DNA of 64,000 nucleotides, from the IMG/VR virus record IMGVR_UViG_3300045988_106851, positions 1 to 64,000 of that record, one strand, 5' to 3'. The DNA comes from a virus. Positions 33,510 to 42,118 of the stretch are shown in pieces. The first letter of the stretch is position 1. Each line of letters opens with the position of its first letter. The position numbers and the translations under genes are program-made. The notes below the pieces were generated by a model that was not told the origin of the DNA, did no database searches, and saw only the letters and a program-made list of their open reading frames with translations.

Positions 33510-34457
33510 TTAACCCCAGAAGCCGTTCGCGGCTGCATTGTAGCCATAAAGACCATATTGAGCTGCTACACAATTAGGAATAGCCTGAAATGGTTGATAT
33601 GGTACCGTCGCCGTTTCGGGCAGCTTGCACTTTATGCCGTCAACATCCTTTTGTAAATTCGCAAGGAACGCATTGATAGGAGCAACGGCTTGGCCGACAA
33701 TCTGATTAGTCATGGCCGACTGCTTGAACGTAGAGTTTTCCTCTCTGAGGTTGTCTATCTTGTTCTGAAGCTCCCTCATTTCTGCGGCTCTTTGCCCGTC
33801 AAGTATCTGTTGTGTAGAGTTCTTGATGGCGCCTTGTATGTCGCACGTCTGCCTCTGTGTCTCGTAGGCCACGTTCGCAAAGCCTTTCTCCTGCTCGTTC
33901 AATATCGCGTTGATGTTGTTCTGTAGCGCGGTCGTCTGCTGGGCGATGGCCATCTTGTTGTCGCAGCAGCACTGGGCCAGCTGGCTTGCCAACTGCATGT
34001 TGCCCTGTTGCAAGGCGTTGATGACCTGTTGTCCGCTCATGCCCACTTGGTTGCCCACGTTGCCCACTTGTGCCGTAAGCGCGGAGATGGCTCCCTGTAT
34101 CTGTCCTTCGGTGCAGTTGAGCTGTGTGGCGAGGTTGCTAATCGCGTTCCTATTGCCGCCGATAGCGTCCATCAAAAGCGAGCGCCCGTAGTCGTTGTTT
34201 AGCTCGTTGGCTATACCACCACGGCCGTTATTACCGAAACCGCCCCAGCCGTTGCCGCCCCAGCCCATGAGGAAGAAAAGGAATATCACCCACATGAACC
34301 AGCCGCCTTCGCCGAAGCCGCCATTGCCCTTGTTCATCGCTAAAAGCAGATTAGGGTCAAGCCCCCTCTGTTGAAGCAGTGGGGCGAGAAGCGACATCAT
34401 GCCACCCTGCCCTGAAGAACCGCTGTCGTTACCGAATACATAAGTCTTTGAATCCAT
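33510..34457 (-). CDS. Gly-rich membrane protein with a Q/N-rich coiled coil, hypothetical
   Basis: N-terminal GNGGFGEGGWFMWVIFLFFLMGWGGNGWGGFGNNGRGG (one TM helix flanked by Gly/Trp). A long Q/N-rich helical region contains CCCD. Confidence 0.5.
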   Translation of the reverse strand: MDSKTYVFGNDSGSSGQGGMMSLLAPLLQQRGLDPNLLLAMNKGNGGFGEGGWFMWVIFLFFLMGWGGNGWGGFGNNGRGGIANELNNDYGRSLLMDAIGGNRNAISNLATQLNCTEGQIQGAISALTAQVGNVGNQVGMSGQQVINALQQGNMQLASQLAQCCCDNKMAIAQQTTALQNNINAILNEQEKGFANVAYETQRQTCDIQGAIKNSTQQILDGQRAAEMRELQNKIDNLREENSTFKQSAMTNQIVGQAVAPINAFLANLQKDVDGIKCKLPETATVPYQPFQAIPNCVAAQYGLYGYNAAANGFWG

Positions 34458-34609
34458 TGTTTTAAGTTTTAGATTTACATGTTTACACTCTCTATTGTAA
34501 CGTTACGCCCACAAATTTAGCGAGTTGCCGCCACAAAGGCCGCAACTCGCTCACACTTTTTATTACTCGCTGAATGTCAGTTATTTAAGATGATAGGAGG
34601 TTCTGTCAA

Positions 34610-34676
34610 GTTAACAAAATGGGAATTTGTTAACACATTGCATAGCTCATGTTAAAAAAAACTTTTTTGGTTAACA
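34610..34676. promoter_or_regulatory. three GTTAACA boxes (candidate operators)
   Basis: GTTAACA at 34610, 34629 (within the palindrome TGTTAACA) and 34670, upstream of the 33510-34457 operon. Confidence 0.3.
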
Positions 34677-34750
34677 CGTCCACCAGACGTTCAAGCTGAC
34701 AGGAGGTGCTATCACGGACGCTCTGAACCGTAAAGGAAGGGTTCTGTTCG

Positions 34751-34784
34751 CAAAGAAAAAGCCTATCCTTGCGAGAGATAGGCT
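34751..34784 (-). terminator. intrinsic terminator after the XRE/P63C gene
   Basis: Minus strand reads AGCCTATC-tctcgcaag-GATAGGCT followed by TTTTTCTTTG. Confidence 0.65.
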
Positions 34785-34800
34785 GACATGGCACAAGGAT

Positions 34801-35880
34801 TCACCTCATTTCAAATTCGTCAAATAGCGCAAGCTGTTGATATTGCTTTGGGAAAGCCTTGTCGAGCAGATACATGAAACGAGGCCAGTTGTAATCTGAG
34901 GCGACGACAAATGAGTGGATTATGGCAAGGTGCCTCTCCAATGCCGGACGGCCAATGTCAGACGTGAGAAACTGATGGTTCTTGAACCGTCTGTTACCCT
35001 TCTCGTTCTTGGGGTTCAGCCTGTTAATCTCGTTATACACAAGAGGGGCAAGACGCTCATACACGATGTCGTTGATAATCTTGCCGACAAACCCCGGACG
35101 AGCAGTGGTTTGCGCCCACGTCCAGTTGCGCATCCTGTATATGTCCTCAAAGAACTGGTCGTTAAAAGTCTTTATCCAGGCACACGCATCATGGTTGATG
35201 AACGTGGCGAGAAATTTTTGCAGTTCATCCTTGGCCCGCCCTTTCTCCTTGTTATAGCCTGTCACCTCGTCAACAAGTGCGATTATTCCAGTCTTTGCGA
35301 CAGCCCTGATTATCGTGTCACAATTAAACTCCGACACGTAGTTTGCGTAAACGCCGGCACGACTCGCGTCAATAATCGCAGAGCAAATGTCAATCAGCAG
35401 AGTAGCCTCATAGCCGTAAGTCATTGATTGCGAGCCTCCTGCCGTATTACGTTTGAAAGTAATGGGATTGAACAGCCTGTCAGTTATGCTGTTTTCCCCG
35501 GCACGAAGATACGGGGCAAGGCCATCTTGGTTGCAAAACGATCTTATCCATTGCCCGCTTTTGCTTTCGTTCCCAATGGCCCTTTGTATTCCTCTTCCCG
35601 AAAAGACACGCATCCCATTATTAAGCACATAGCAAGGTATCGCAATCTCGCCGAGCTTCAAAGGCGTTTTCTCAGCCGAATACTTGGCGTAAAACACGCC
35701 ATCTTCGGTCAGGTCTTCGTATTTCACGCATAAGGCCGCAGCCACTTTCTCCAATGTGACCTTGGAGGCACTCCCGTTAATCGCCTTGCTAAGCCCAGCC
35801 TCAGACATGCCAATCTTCGCACACAATTCCTTTTGCGTGACACCTTTCTTCTTCAAGACTTCTTTAATTCTGTTCTCCAT
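34801..35880 (-). CDS. XRE-family HTH protein with a P63C-like C-terminal domain
   Basis: N-terminal KKKGVTQKELCAKIGMSEAGLSKAINGS. The central segment GIIALVDEVTGYNKEKGRAKDELQKFL resembles the P63C domain (recollection-level match). Confidence 0.55.
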   Translation of the reverse strand: MENRIKEVLKKKGVTQKELCAKIGMSEAGLSKAINGSASKVTLEKVAAALCVKYEDLTEDGVFYAKYSAEKTPLKLGEIAIPCYVLNNGMRVFSGRGIQRAIGNESKSGQWIRSFCNQDGLAPYLRAGENSITDRLFNPITFKRNTAGGSQSMTYGYEATLLIDICSAIIDASRAGVYANYVSEFNCDTIIRAVAKTGIIALVDEVTGYNKEKGRAKDELQKFLATFINHDACAWIKTFNDQFFEDIYRMRNWTWAQTTARPGFVGKIINDIVYERLAPLVYNEINRLNPKNEKGNRRFKNHQFLTSDIGRPALERHLAIIHSFVVASDYNWPRFMYLLDKAFPKQYQQLALFDEFEMR

Positions 35881-36009
35881 TTCATTATTTTGGTAAATTA
35901 TTATACTTGCAAAGGTAATATTCTTGTTTTAATCCACCAAAAATTAAATCAGAAAATTTATCAATAAAGACATACTCACCTTATTATTTATGAGGTGAGC
36001 ACCATTGCC

Positions 36010-36348
36010 TCATTTCCTCTTGCTCCGCAGGTAGTGCAATATGTCCCACTTCTTCCAATATCTCGTGTGCCCGCGCTTCTTGTGCTCGCCATTGGGCAGG
36101 TCTCCTCTCGCCACCATACGATTGAGTGTAGCATCAGAAACGTGAAGCTTCTCCTTGACTTCCTCTGTGCTCATCATCGGGTTGAGCATGTCGGGAATGA
36201 TGTCGCACAATCTATCCAGGTCATCATCGCTCATGCCGCATGCCGTCACCTTCTCGCCTTTCTTTTGTTGCTCGTCAGCCTTAAAACAAGCATCACTCAA
36301 TGACTTCAAAGCCGTGCCGAGCAGCTTATAATTTAGTATCTTTCCCAT
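36010..36348 (-). CDS. helix-turn-helix DNA-binding protein
   Basis: C-terminal STEEVKEKLHVSDATLNRMVARGDLP is an excisionase/MerR-type HTH. Confidence 0.5.
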   Translation of the reverse strand: MGKILNYKLLGTALKSLSDACFKADEQQKKGEKVTACGMSDDDLDRLCDIIPDMLNPMMSTEEVKEKLHVSDATLNRMVARGDLPNGEHKKRGHTRYWKKWDILHYLRSKRK

Positions 36349-36866
36349 TACGCACAGATTTTACGTCCTAACTTGGTTCTGCTAATAAACATATCTACAA
36401 ATCCATATAGATAAAACATTGCCGTTATTATCATTACGGTAAAGCAGGAATCTATCATATCATTTGTTGTGTACCAACTCCATTCCACGATATGAGCCGC
36501 ATTGACACCGAAAAAATAAAAGAATGGGATGCGGTATCTCCAGCAAAGGAAGAAAAATCGGCTTGCTAATATCAAAACCATTGGAAGAACATACACCATG
36601 AAATATATGTAGAGATAACAAGGCATATTCTCTGCATAAGGAATGAACATGTCTCGTGGATGCTGAGAAAAATCCCACATCCCGTATGCGTGGAAGCACA
36701 TGATAATTATTGGAACGTACTTGCAGAACCAGCGAAAGAACTTCAAAATTCTCCTTGAATACCTGTTACCATGTTTCATCAGCAACGATATAATCTCGCT
36801 GACGTCTTTGCCTTGCAACCACCTTAGGAGGTTGTCCTCGTCATCCTTTGTCATAAGCGTAAACAA
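36348..36866 (-). CDS. multi-pass membrane protein, hypothetical
   Basis: About four hydrophobic helices. The stop overlaps the next start. Confidence 0.5.
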   Translation of the reverse strand: MFTLMTKDDEDNLLRWLQGKDVSEIISLLMKHGNRYSRRILKFFRWFCKYVPIIIMCFHAYGMWDFSQHPRDMFIPYAENMPCYLYIYFMVYVLPMVLILASRFFFLCWRYRIPFFYFFGVNAAHIVEWSWYTTNDMIDSCFTVMIITAMFYLYGFVDMFISRTKLGRKICA

Positions 36867-36889
36867 TAGTTAGTTAGTATGGATAATCG

Positions 36890-36897
36890 CAAAGTTA
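36890..36897 (-). promoter_or_regulatory. -7 box candidate (TAACTTTG on the minus strand)
   Basis: CAAAGTTA on the plus strand, 24 nt upstream of the ATG at 36866. Confidence 0.3.
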
Positions 36898-36950
36898 GGC
36901 AATTCTCTGATAACCACGCCTCTCTCAACGGCCTTTAACACTTCAAAGCA

Positions 36951-37002
36951 CCCAAAAAAACAACGGATGCCGCCCCTGTCTATCACGACAAGACCGGCAT
37001 CC
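36951..37002 (-). terminator. intrinsic terminator (minus strand)
   Basis: Minus strand reads GGATGCCG-22 nt-CGGCATCC followed by GTTGTTTTTTTGGG. Confidence 0.55.
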
Positions 37003-37268
37003 GCAGGTTCTCTAACCACATAACTCAAAAAAAACATTTACATAATCGTTAAAATCATAACAATCTTTAACTTTCTAATCAATATGAACCAAAACCGCAG
37101 TTTCCCGTGCTGTCGCAGCACTCGCGTTAACCACGTTGGCAAGTAGCTCTTCTGAATTATTATTAGATATTCCTGAAAGAAAGAATGCTACCTGCCCAAG
37201 TCTCTTGTTACTTACACAACTTTAGCCTTTACACATTAATTCACTAAAAAGAGAGTTCTTTATATCCA

Positions 37269-37276
37269 CAAAGATA
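37269..37276 (-). promoter_or_regulatory. -7 box candidate (TATCTTTG on the minus strand) inside a non-coding island
   Basis: CAAAGATA on the plus strand. No ORF longer than about 12 codons lies between it and the terminator at 36951-37002. Confidence 0.3.
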
Positions 37277-37390
37277 CGGAAAATACTTCTATCCCACAAA
37301 CTTTTTCCGAAATATTTTACTTAAATACTTTCACTCTATCCAGACAATCTGCCTACCACCATTCCACCTGTCAACCATCTATTACATCCA

Positions 37391-37429
37391 AGAAACAAAA
37401 CCGTGGCAGGCCTTCACGGTTTGCCACGG
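37391..37429 (-). terminator. intrinsic terminator closing the late (structural/lysis) operon
   Basis: Minus strand reads CCGTGGCA-13 nt-TGCCACGG followed by TTTTGTTTCT. A second hairpin CAGCCGTC/GACGGCTG lies at 37441-37460. Confidence 0.65.
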
Positions 37430-37603
37430 CTTCGAGAAGCCAGCCGTCTCCCGACGGCTGACCCCTCATCTGTTTAATTAACCTTTTACTCAAAAATAAA
37501 ACCAAAAACTAAATCAAATACGTTATCCTGAATAATCTCTTTTACCTTTGGCCACCATGCCTATCTTCTTTCCTCTTCTCTTCGTTCCTCTCTTTCCTTT
37601 CCT

Positions 37604-38134
37604 TCACTTCGTCCACAGCGTCAGCCACACGTCCGCGAACCCTGCCACCTCGGCCCAGTAGAGCCTGTGGAAGTACGACTTGCCCCTGCTCATGTACCAT
37701 ACGTTATCCAGTATCTTGTACGCCTCCGCCACGGCCACATAAGCCGCATACGTGGACGCCACAAGCACCGTAGGCCACCAGTTCACGCTCGTCGCCCAGC
37801 CCACGCAGCCAATGGCCGCCACCATCGCGCCGCCCTTGTGTACAGGGTAAGTGTCCTTGTCGCAGTAGTTAGGTGCGACACCCACTATCATGAGCCCCAC
37901 GCAGCCCAGGAACGCCAGCGGTTGCGCGCCGCCTGCCTCCAGCATCACGGGCAGCATGGCGAGCGCGCTGCACATCATCACCAGGGAGAACACGAACCCC
38001 GTATTCTTCCTCCAGTCCTCAAGCTGATAGAACGTGTCGCTCACCATTTCGGGCAGTCCGAATTTCCATGCCATAATCACAAAATACGCGGCCAGCACCG
38101 CGAAAGCTATAATTGAAATCATCATAATCGTCAA
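37604..38134 (-). CDS. multi-pass membrane protein, hypothetical (last gene of the late operon)
   Basis: 176 aa with about five hydrophobic helices. Confidence 0.5.
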   Translation of the reverse strand: MTIMMISIIAFAVLAAYFVIMAWKFGLPEMVSDTFYQLEDWRKNTGFVFSLVMMCSALAMLPVMLEAGGAQPLAFLGCVGLMIVGVAPNYCDKDTYPVHKGGAMVAAIGCVGWATSVNWWPTVLVASTYAAYVAVAEAYKILDNVWYMSRGKSYFHRLYWAEVAGFADVWLTLWTK

Positions 38135-38205
38135 TCTTTTTTTACCTTAAAAATCTATATCAGTCTATAATAGTCTATAAAGGCCTATCGCCCTCAAATC
38201 CGTCA

Positions 38206-38823
38206 TCACTGAAAAATTCTCCACGTGCATCCCACGCCCACCCACACGTCGGGCTTCCTCGTGAAGACCCCATACCCGAAGCCACCCGTCAGCCCCACGT
38301 TGAAGCGCCTGTTCTTCACTCTCCCCTCTACTCTTTTCGTTACGACCACCGTCTTCTGATATACCTCAATGCTGTCCAGCCTCGGCTCATATCCGCTAAT
38401 CCACGCCGTGTAAGTGCTGTCCTCGTATCGCTTCTGCGTCCGTGGCACAACGGCCCATACCGTGTCCTTCCGGGCAATTTTGCCCGTTTCCTGCGCCTTT
38501 GAGCCACCTTTATTAACCGTATGTCCGTCCATGACCTCAGACAGGCGGCACGGCTCAAAGACCTTTATCTCTGCCTTTGGAACAGTCGGCTCTGTGGGGA
38601 GTACCATTGGCACCCGTATCACCCCTGTCACCACGCTATCCTTGGCCATCGGCATCGTCTGCCTCACAGTGTCCCTTATCGTCACCGTGTCCACGGTCAC
38701 CATTCCCTTGCCGTCGCGCGAATGGTAGTTGCAGTGGTTAGCCAGCCCAGCCCCAAGGCAGAAGCCAGCGAACGCCACCGCCGCCATCACCCCGACAATA
38801 TTGTCTTTCTCTTTCTTGCTCAT
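38206..38823 (-). CDS. membrane-anchored protein downstream of the endolysin (spanin-position)
   Basis: ATG at 38823 (MSKKEKDNIVGVMAAVAFAGFCLGAGLA) gives an N-terminal anchor. The longer ORF reaching 39000 overlaps the endolysin. Confidence 0.5.
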   Translation of the reverse strand: MSKKEKDNIVGVMAAVAFAGFCLGAGLANHCNYHSRDGKGMVTVDTVTIRDTVRQTMPMAKDSVVTGVIRVPMVLPTEPTVPKAEIKVFEPCRLSEVMDGHTVNKGGSKAQETGKIARKDTVWAVVPRTQKRYEDSTYTAWISGYEPRLDSIEVYQKTVVVTKRVEGRVKNRRFNVGLTGGFGYGVFTRKPDVWVGVGCTWRIFQ

Positions 38824-38852
38824 GTCTTTATTTCTATTAAAGTTTATTTTCT

Positions 38853-39377
38853 CTAAACCTCCGATATGCAGCTGTTCGCCTTCTTCAGCCACGCCAAGCG
38901 GTCGGCCATGCCGTTCGTCCCGCCGTTGATACGCTTGGTGAGAGCCGTATAAGCGTCCTTGTCCGCGTAGATGTTCAAGTTGTTCCGCCGCCAGAACCAC
39001 AGGGCCGACAGTATCGCGTATTTCGGCCGCTCCAGCAGCTCAGGGCACTCAAGGCACTGTATCCCCGTGTCCGCTTGCAGCAGCGTGTAGTTCTTCCTGC
39101 CAGTTACCTGCAAGTAGCCACGGCCCTTATACCTCACCCCGTCACCGGCATACACGTTCCCAAGGTCTTTCCTGCCCTCATACGCCTTGCCCGACGCTAT
39201 CTCCTTAGTGTACGTCAGCCCCGCGCTCTCGTGCCCAATCTGCGCCAAGAAGTATCTCAACCTCCTCACCGTATCGAATCCATATTCCGCCATCAACGGG
39301 TTCATGGTTCTCACAATCTCGAATATCTGCCTTTCCTTTCCTTTTCCGTAAAGGCTAACCAGTTCACTTGCCAGCAT
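38853..39377 (-). CDS. endolysin, glycoside hydrolase family 19 / chitinase-like lysozyme
   Basis: FLAQIGHESAGLTYTKE...GRKDLGNVYAGDGVRYKGRGYLQVTGRKNY is the GH19-type phage lysozyme signature. Confidence 0.8.
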   Translation of the reverse strand: MLASELVSLYGKGKERQIFEIVRTMNPLMAEYGFDTVRRLRYFLAQIGHESAGLTYTKEIASGKAYEGRKDLGNVYAGDGVRYKGRGYLQVTGRKNYTLLQADTGIQCLECPELLERPKYAILSALWFWRRNNLNIYADKDAYTALTKRINGGTNGMADRLAWLKKANSCISEV

Positions 39378-39411
39378 CTTTCCTGCCTCCTGTTTTTTAT
39401 CGTTATCGTTG

Positions 39412-39939
39412 TTATTGCCTATCCAGCCCGGATAGGTTTATCTCCAGCTGCTTCGGGTAGCCTTCCTTAATGTCATACTTCTCAACCTCTTCCACTGTCT
39501 TTAGCTCAGCCACCTCAGCCTTGTGCCTTGCCGTCGTGTTGAAGCATTCCAGCGCGTACAGCTCTATAGCCGACAGCAGCTTAATCACCGTGTCGCAGGG
39601 TATCGTCAGCTTCACGTCGCCCATCCACAGGTCGGTCGTCTCCTGCCCTGTCGCTTTCGTTATCTCCGTCGAGTTCATCAGCCCGACCCTCGTCGCCTTG
39701 TCCAGCCAAAACACCGTGCCGTTCAGCTTGAAGCCATTAACCTTGTCAGAGATGTCGTATCGCTCTATCTCCTGCGTCTTGGTTTCCTTGGCCTGAGCCA
39801 GCAGTTCCTTCTCGCTTGGCACGTAAGGCTCATACCCAGCCTTGCGCAGCATCTCGTCCGTGGGGTTGCTCACCACCCTGCCGTCAATCTCCATCGTCAT
39901 GTCGGCGAATACGCCGTCCTTAATCCATCTTTCCGTCAT
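39412..39939 (-). CDS. DUF4376-like protein (fibre-associated, chaperone-position), copy 1
   Basis: DKVNGFKLNGTVFWLDKATRV...ELYALECFNTTARHKAEVAELKTVEEVEKYD parallels the 43139-43618 product. Confidence 0.5.
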   Translation of the reverse strand: MTERWIKDGVFADMTMEIDGRVVSNPTDEMLRKAGYEPYVPSEKELLAQAKETKTQEIERYDISDKVNGFKLNGTVFWLDKATRVGLMNSTEITKATGQETTDLWMGDVKLTIPCDTVIKLLSAIELYALECFNTTARHKAEVAELKTVEEVEKYDIKEGYPKQLEINLSGLDRQ

Positions 39940-40023
39940 AGTCTTATTGCCGTTTTTTTTTATTGTCCATTCCTCTCGCCCATAGAGCCTAATACGCCCA
40001 ATGAGCCTAAAAACTTTCTCTTA

Positions 40024-40740
40024 TCACTCATCAACCCACTCGCTCATGGGGTGTATCTTGGAGGCGAGGCCAGACCAAATGTCAGCCGCCTTGTACGCCT
40101 CCACGCTCTCGTCGGGCACGTACATCTGCGGCCAACTCGTGTAAACAAAGGCCTCTTTACTACGCAGCGTCGGCGGAGTTTTCGCCAACACCCTCAGCTT
40201 CTTAATCAGTGGCGAGGAGAAGCACCAGTGCCCCACGAAGGTCAGCGTCTCGGGCCACTCCGTCATCTCCAGCACGTTGCATCCATCGAAGGTGTTGTCG
40301 TTGAACTTCGCCATGCCGGGCGACAACCTCACGCGCTTGAGCTGCGCGCATTCCATGAACATCGAGACGACGGTGCTCGTCGCCGCCAACGGGAACTCGA
40401 AGAACGTCAGAGCCGAGCCGCTAAGGTCGCACGCCGACCTCGTGACGCATGTCCAGTGCTCGGGGTAGCGTATCTCCACGAGGTTTTTCGCGTTATTCAG
40501 CCCGCCCCAGGCCCATTGGGGGGCGTTAACGAACCACCTCAGCTCCGGCCAATACCTCACGGTGCTCTTCGGAAATCCGTCTCCGCTTTTGCCCGCCATG
40601 GCCTTCTTGTACCCCATAACGTCACGTCGAGTTGTCAGCTCTTTGCCTTTCGCCCATTCCGCCACGGCATCGTCCTTCCACTCTATCGGTATGTCGAGGT
40701 TGGCGTACGTCCGCATCAACCTCCTCCTTATCCTTCTCAT
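40024..40740 (-). CDS. BspA-type leucine-rich-repeat protein (putative receptor-binding accessory)
   Basis: FNDNTFDGCNVLEMTEWPETLTFVGHWCFSS..LKKL...MYVPDESVEAYKAADIWSG matches the LRR_5/BspA repeat pattern and its characteristic C-terminal VP..SV..YK....W. Confidence 0.6.
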   Translation of the reverse strand: MRRIRRRLMRTYANLDIPIEWKDDAVAEWAKGKELTTRRDVMGYKKAMAGKSGDGFPKSTVRYWPELRWFVNAPQWAWGGLNNAKNLVEIRYPEHWTCVTRSACDLSGSALTFFEFPLAATSTVVSMFMECAQLKRVRLSPGMAKFNDNTFDGCNVLEMTEWPETLTFVGHWCFSSPLIKKLRVLAKTPPTLRSKEAFVYTSWPQMYVPDESVEAYKAADIWSGLASKIHPMSEWVDE

Positions 40741-40752
40741 GCTCGCGTCCTC

Positions 40753-42075
40753 CTATTCCTTGTCCCACACGTACACCACGCCATACTTCTTTCCGCCTAC
40801 GTCCCTGACGTTGAACTCATAATGCCTGCCATACTTCAGCGTTGGCATGTCCGCCCATTGCACGCCCTCCGGCCACGTCACGGTCGGCACTGCGTTATCG
40901 TCGGTGTCGAACCCGCCCTCGTAGTCATGCGCGTGCGTCGTATCATCCGTGGCTTGCAGCGTCAGTGTCAGCGTGTTCGTGCTTGCCAGCGTGATGTCGT
41001 AATACTTGTTGGCCTCCAGTTCTATATCTTCCGCTTGCACGCTCACGCACTCCGCCTCCGAGAGGTATTCCTTGGCCGCGCTCATCGTCGCCTCGCAGTC
41101 AGCCATGAACTTGGCGTTGCTCTCCTCGCGTTTCCCTTCCGCCTCCTGCCTCACCTGTTCCGCTTGCGCCCTTGCGGTTTCCGCCTCGGCTCGCCTTGCT
41201 TCAGCCGCTTGTCTCGCTTGCTCCTGCTCTGTTCGCTCGCTCTCGGCTTCCGCGCGTGCCGTCTCAGCCGCCACTCTCGCCTCTTCGTTGCCAGCTCTCG
41301 CAGCCTCGGCGTTGTCGAATGCCGCCTTGTGCTCATCCATGCTCGCGATGGCCGAGTCTGTCTTTGTCTTCATCGCGCTGATGGCCGACGTGGTATCCGT
41401 CTCTCGCTTCTCCTCGGCTATCTGTCTTGCGGTCTCGTTATCCTGTCTTTTTGCCTCGTTATTCTTCCTCGTCAGCTCATTGGCCTCACGCCCTATCTCT
41501 GTCTTGGTTCGCGTGCCCTCGGCTTGCACTCTTTCGGCCTCTTGGCTTACACGTGTAAGCTCAGCTTGTACCCTCGATTCCTCACTCTTCGCTCTTCCCT
41601 CTTCACTTACCGTCACCTGCTCGTTGAGTGCCGTCACCGTCTTCACGGTCTCTTCCGCCTCCTTTACCAGCGCTTCCAGCTCCCTGTCAGGCGGCAGTAT
41701 CACCACGGCCGTGTCCATCTCCACCGAATCCTCGCCCTCGTCGGTCTCGCCCAGCTCCGTGTCGGCGTCAGCGTTCCTGTCAACGATAGCCACCTGCTCA
41801 TACTCGTTGCTTCGCCAATCATTCCCGAATATCTTTCCGCGCACCTCCAGCGCGTAAGTGCCAAAATGTATCCGGTCTCCCTCGACCCTCGCCACTATCA
41901 CGTTGTCCTCTTTCGCGTCAATTGTGTGAGCCAGCTCCAGCCGCCTGTACGCCGAGCACAACCTCACCACGATGTCGGTACAGCCCGGCAACGGGAACGC
42001 CACCTTCTCGCCATCAACTATCTTCACTACGGGTATCCTCATGGTGAAGTCATTACCTCTTACTATCCTTTTCAT
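40753..42075 (-). CDS. tail-fibre-like protein with a long Ala/Glu/Arg coiled coil
   Basis: Central section of roughly 200 aa with repeats of the type EAARAGNEEARVAAETARAEAESERTEQEQARQAAEARRAEAETARAQAEQVRQEAE, flanked by beta-rich ends. Confidence 0.55.
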   Translation of the reverse strand: MKRIVRGNDFTMRIPVVKIVDGEKVAFPLPGCTDIVVRLCSAYRRLELAHTIDAKEDNVIVARVEGDRIHFGTYALEVRGKIFGNDWRSNEYEQVAIVDRNADADTELGETDEGEDSVEMDTAVVILPPDRELEALVKEAEETVKTVTALNEQVTVSEEGRAKSEESRVQAELTRVSQEAERVQAEGTRTKTEIGREANELTRKNNEAKRQDNETARQIAEEKRETDTTSAISAMKTKTDSAIASMDEHKAAFDNAEAARAGNEEARVAAETARAEAESERTEQEQARQAAEARRAEAETARAQAEQVRQEAEGKREESNAKFMADCEATMSAAKEYLSEAECVSVQAEDIELEANKYYDITLASTNTLTLTLQATDDTTHAHDYEGGFDTDDNAVPTVTWPEGVQWADMPTLKYGRHYEFNVRDVGGKKYGVVYVWDKE

Positions 42076-42118
42076 GTCAAGTTTTTTGTTAAGTCACTCG
42101 TTTACCTACATTGATTCC

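Noticed and set aside
33130-33573. 147-aa minus-strand ORF overlapping 33141-33488 in another frame
   Set aside because: Its translation is Arg/Asp-rich junk, and it overlaps the 3' end of the 33510-34457 gene. The 115-aa frame has normal composition and tight spacing with its neighbours.
41006-41857. 283-aa Ser/Ala/Leu-rich plus-strand ORF
   Set aside because: It is the mirror image of the GAA/GCN-rich coiled-coil repeats on the minus strand. Its low-complexity composition is an artefact of the antisense frame.
39523-42114. 863-aa plus-strand ORF, the longest plus-strand ORF in this part of the window
   Set aside because: It is antisense to four well-supported minus-strand genes (DUF4376-like, LRR, coiled-coil fibre and part of the holin-like gene). 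Its translation is Arg/Leu/His/Pro-rich with no motifs. Long stop-free antisense frames are expected in GC-rich coding DNA.
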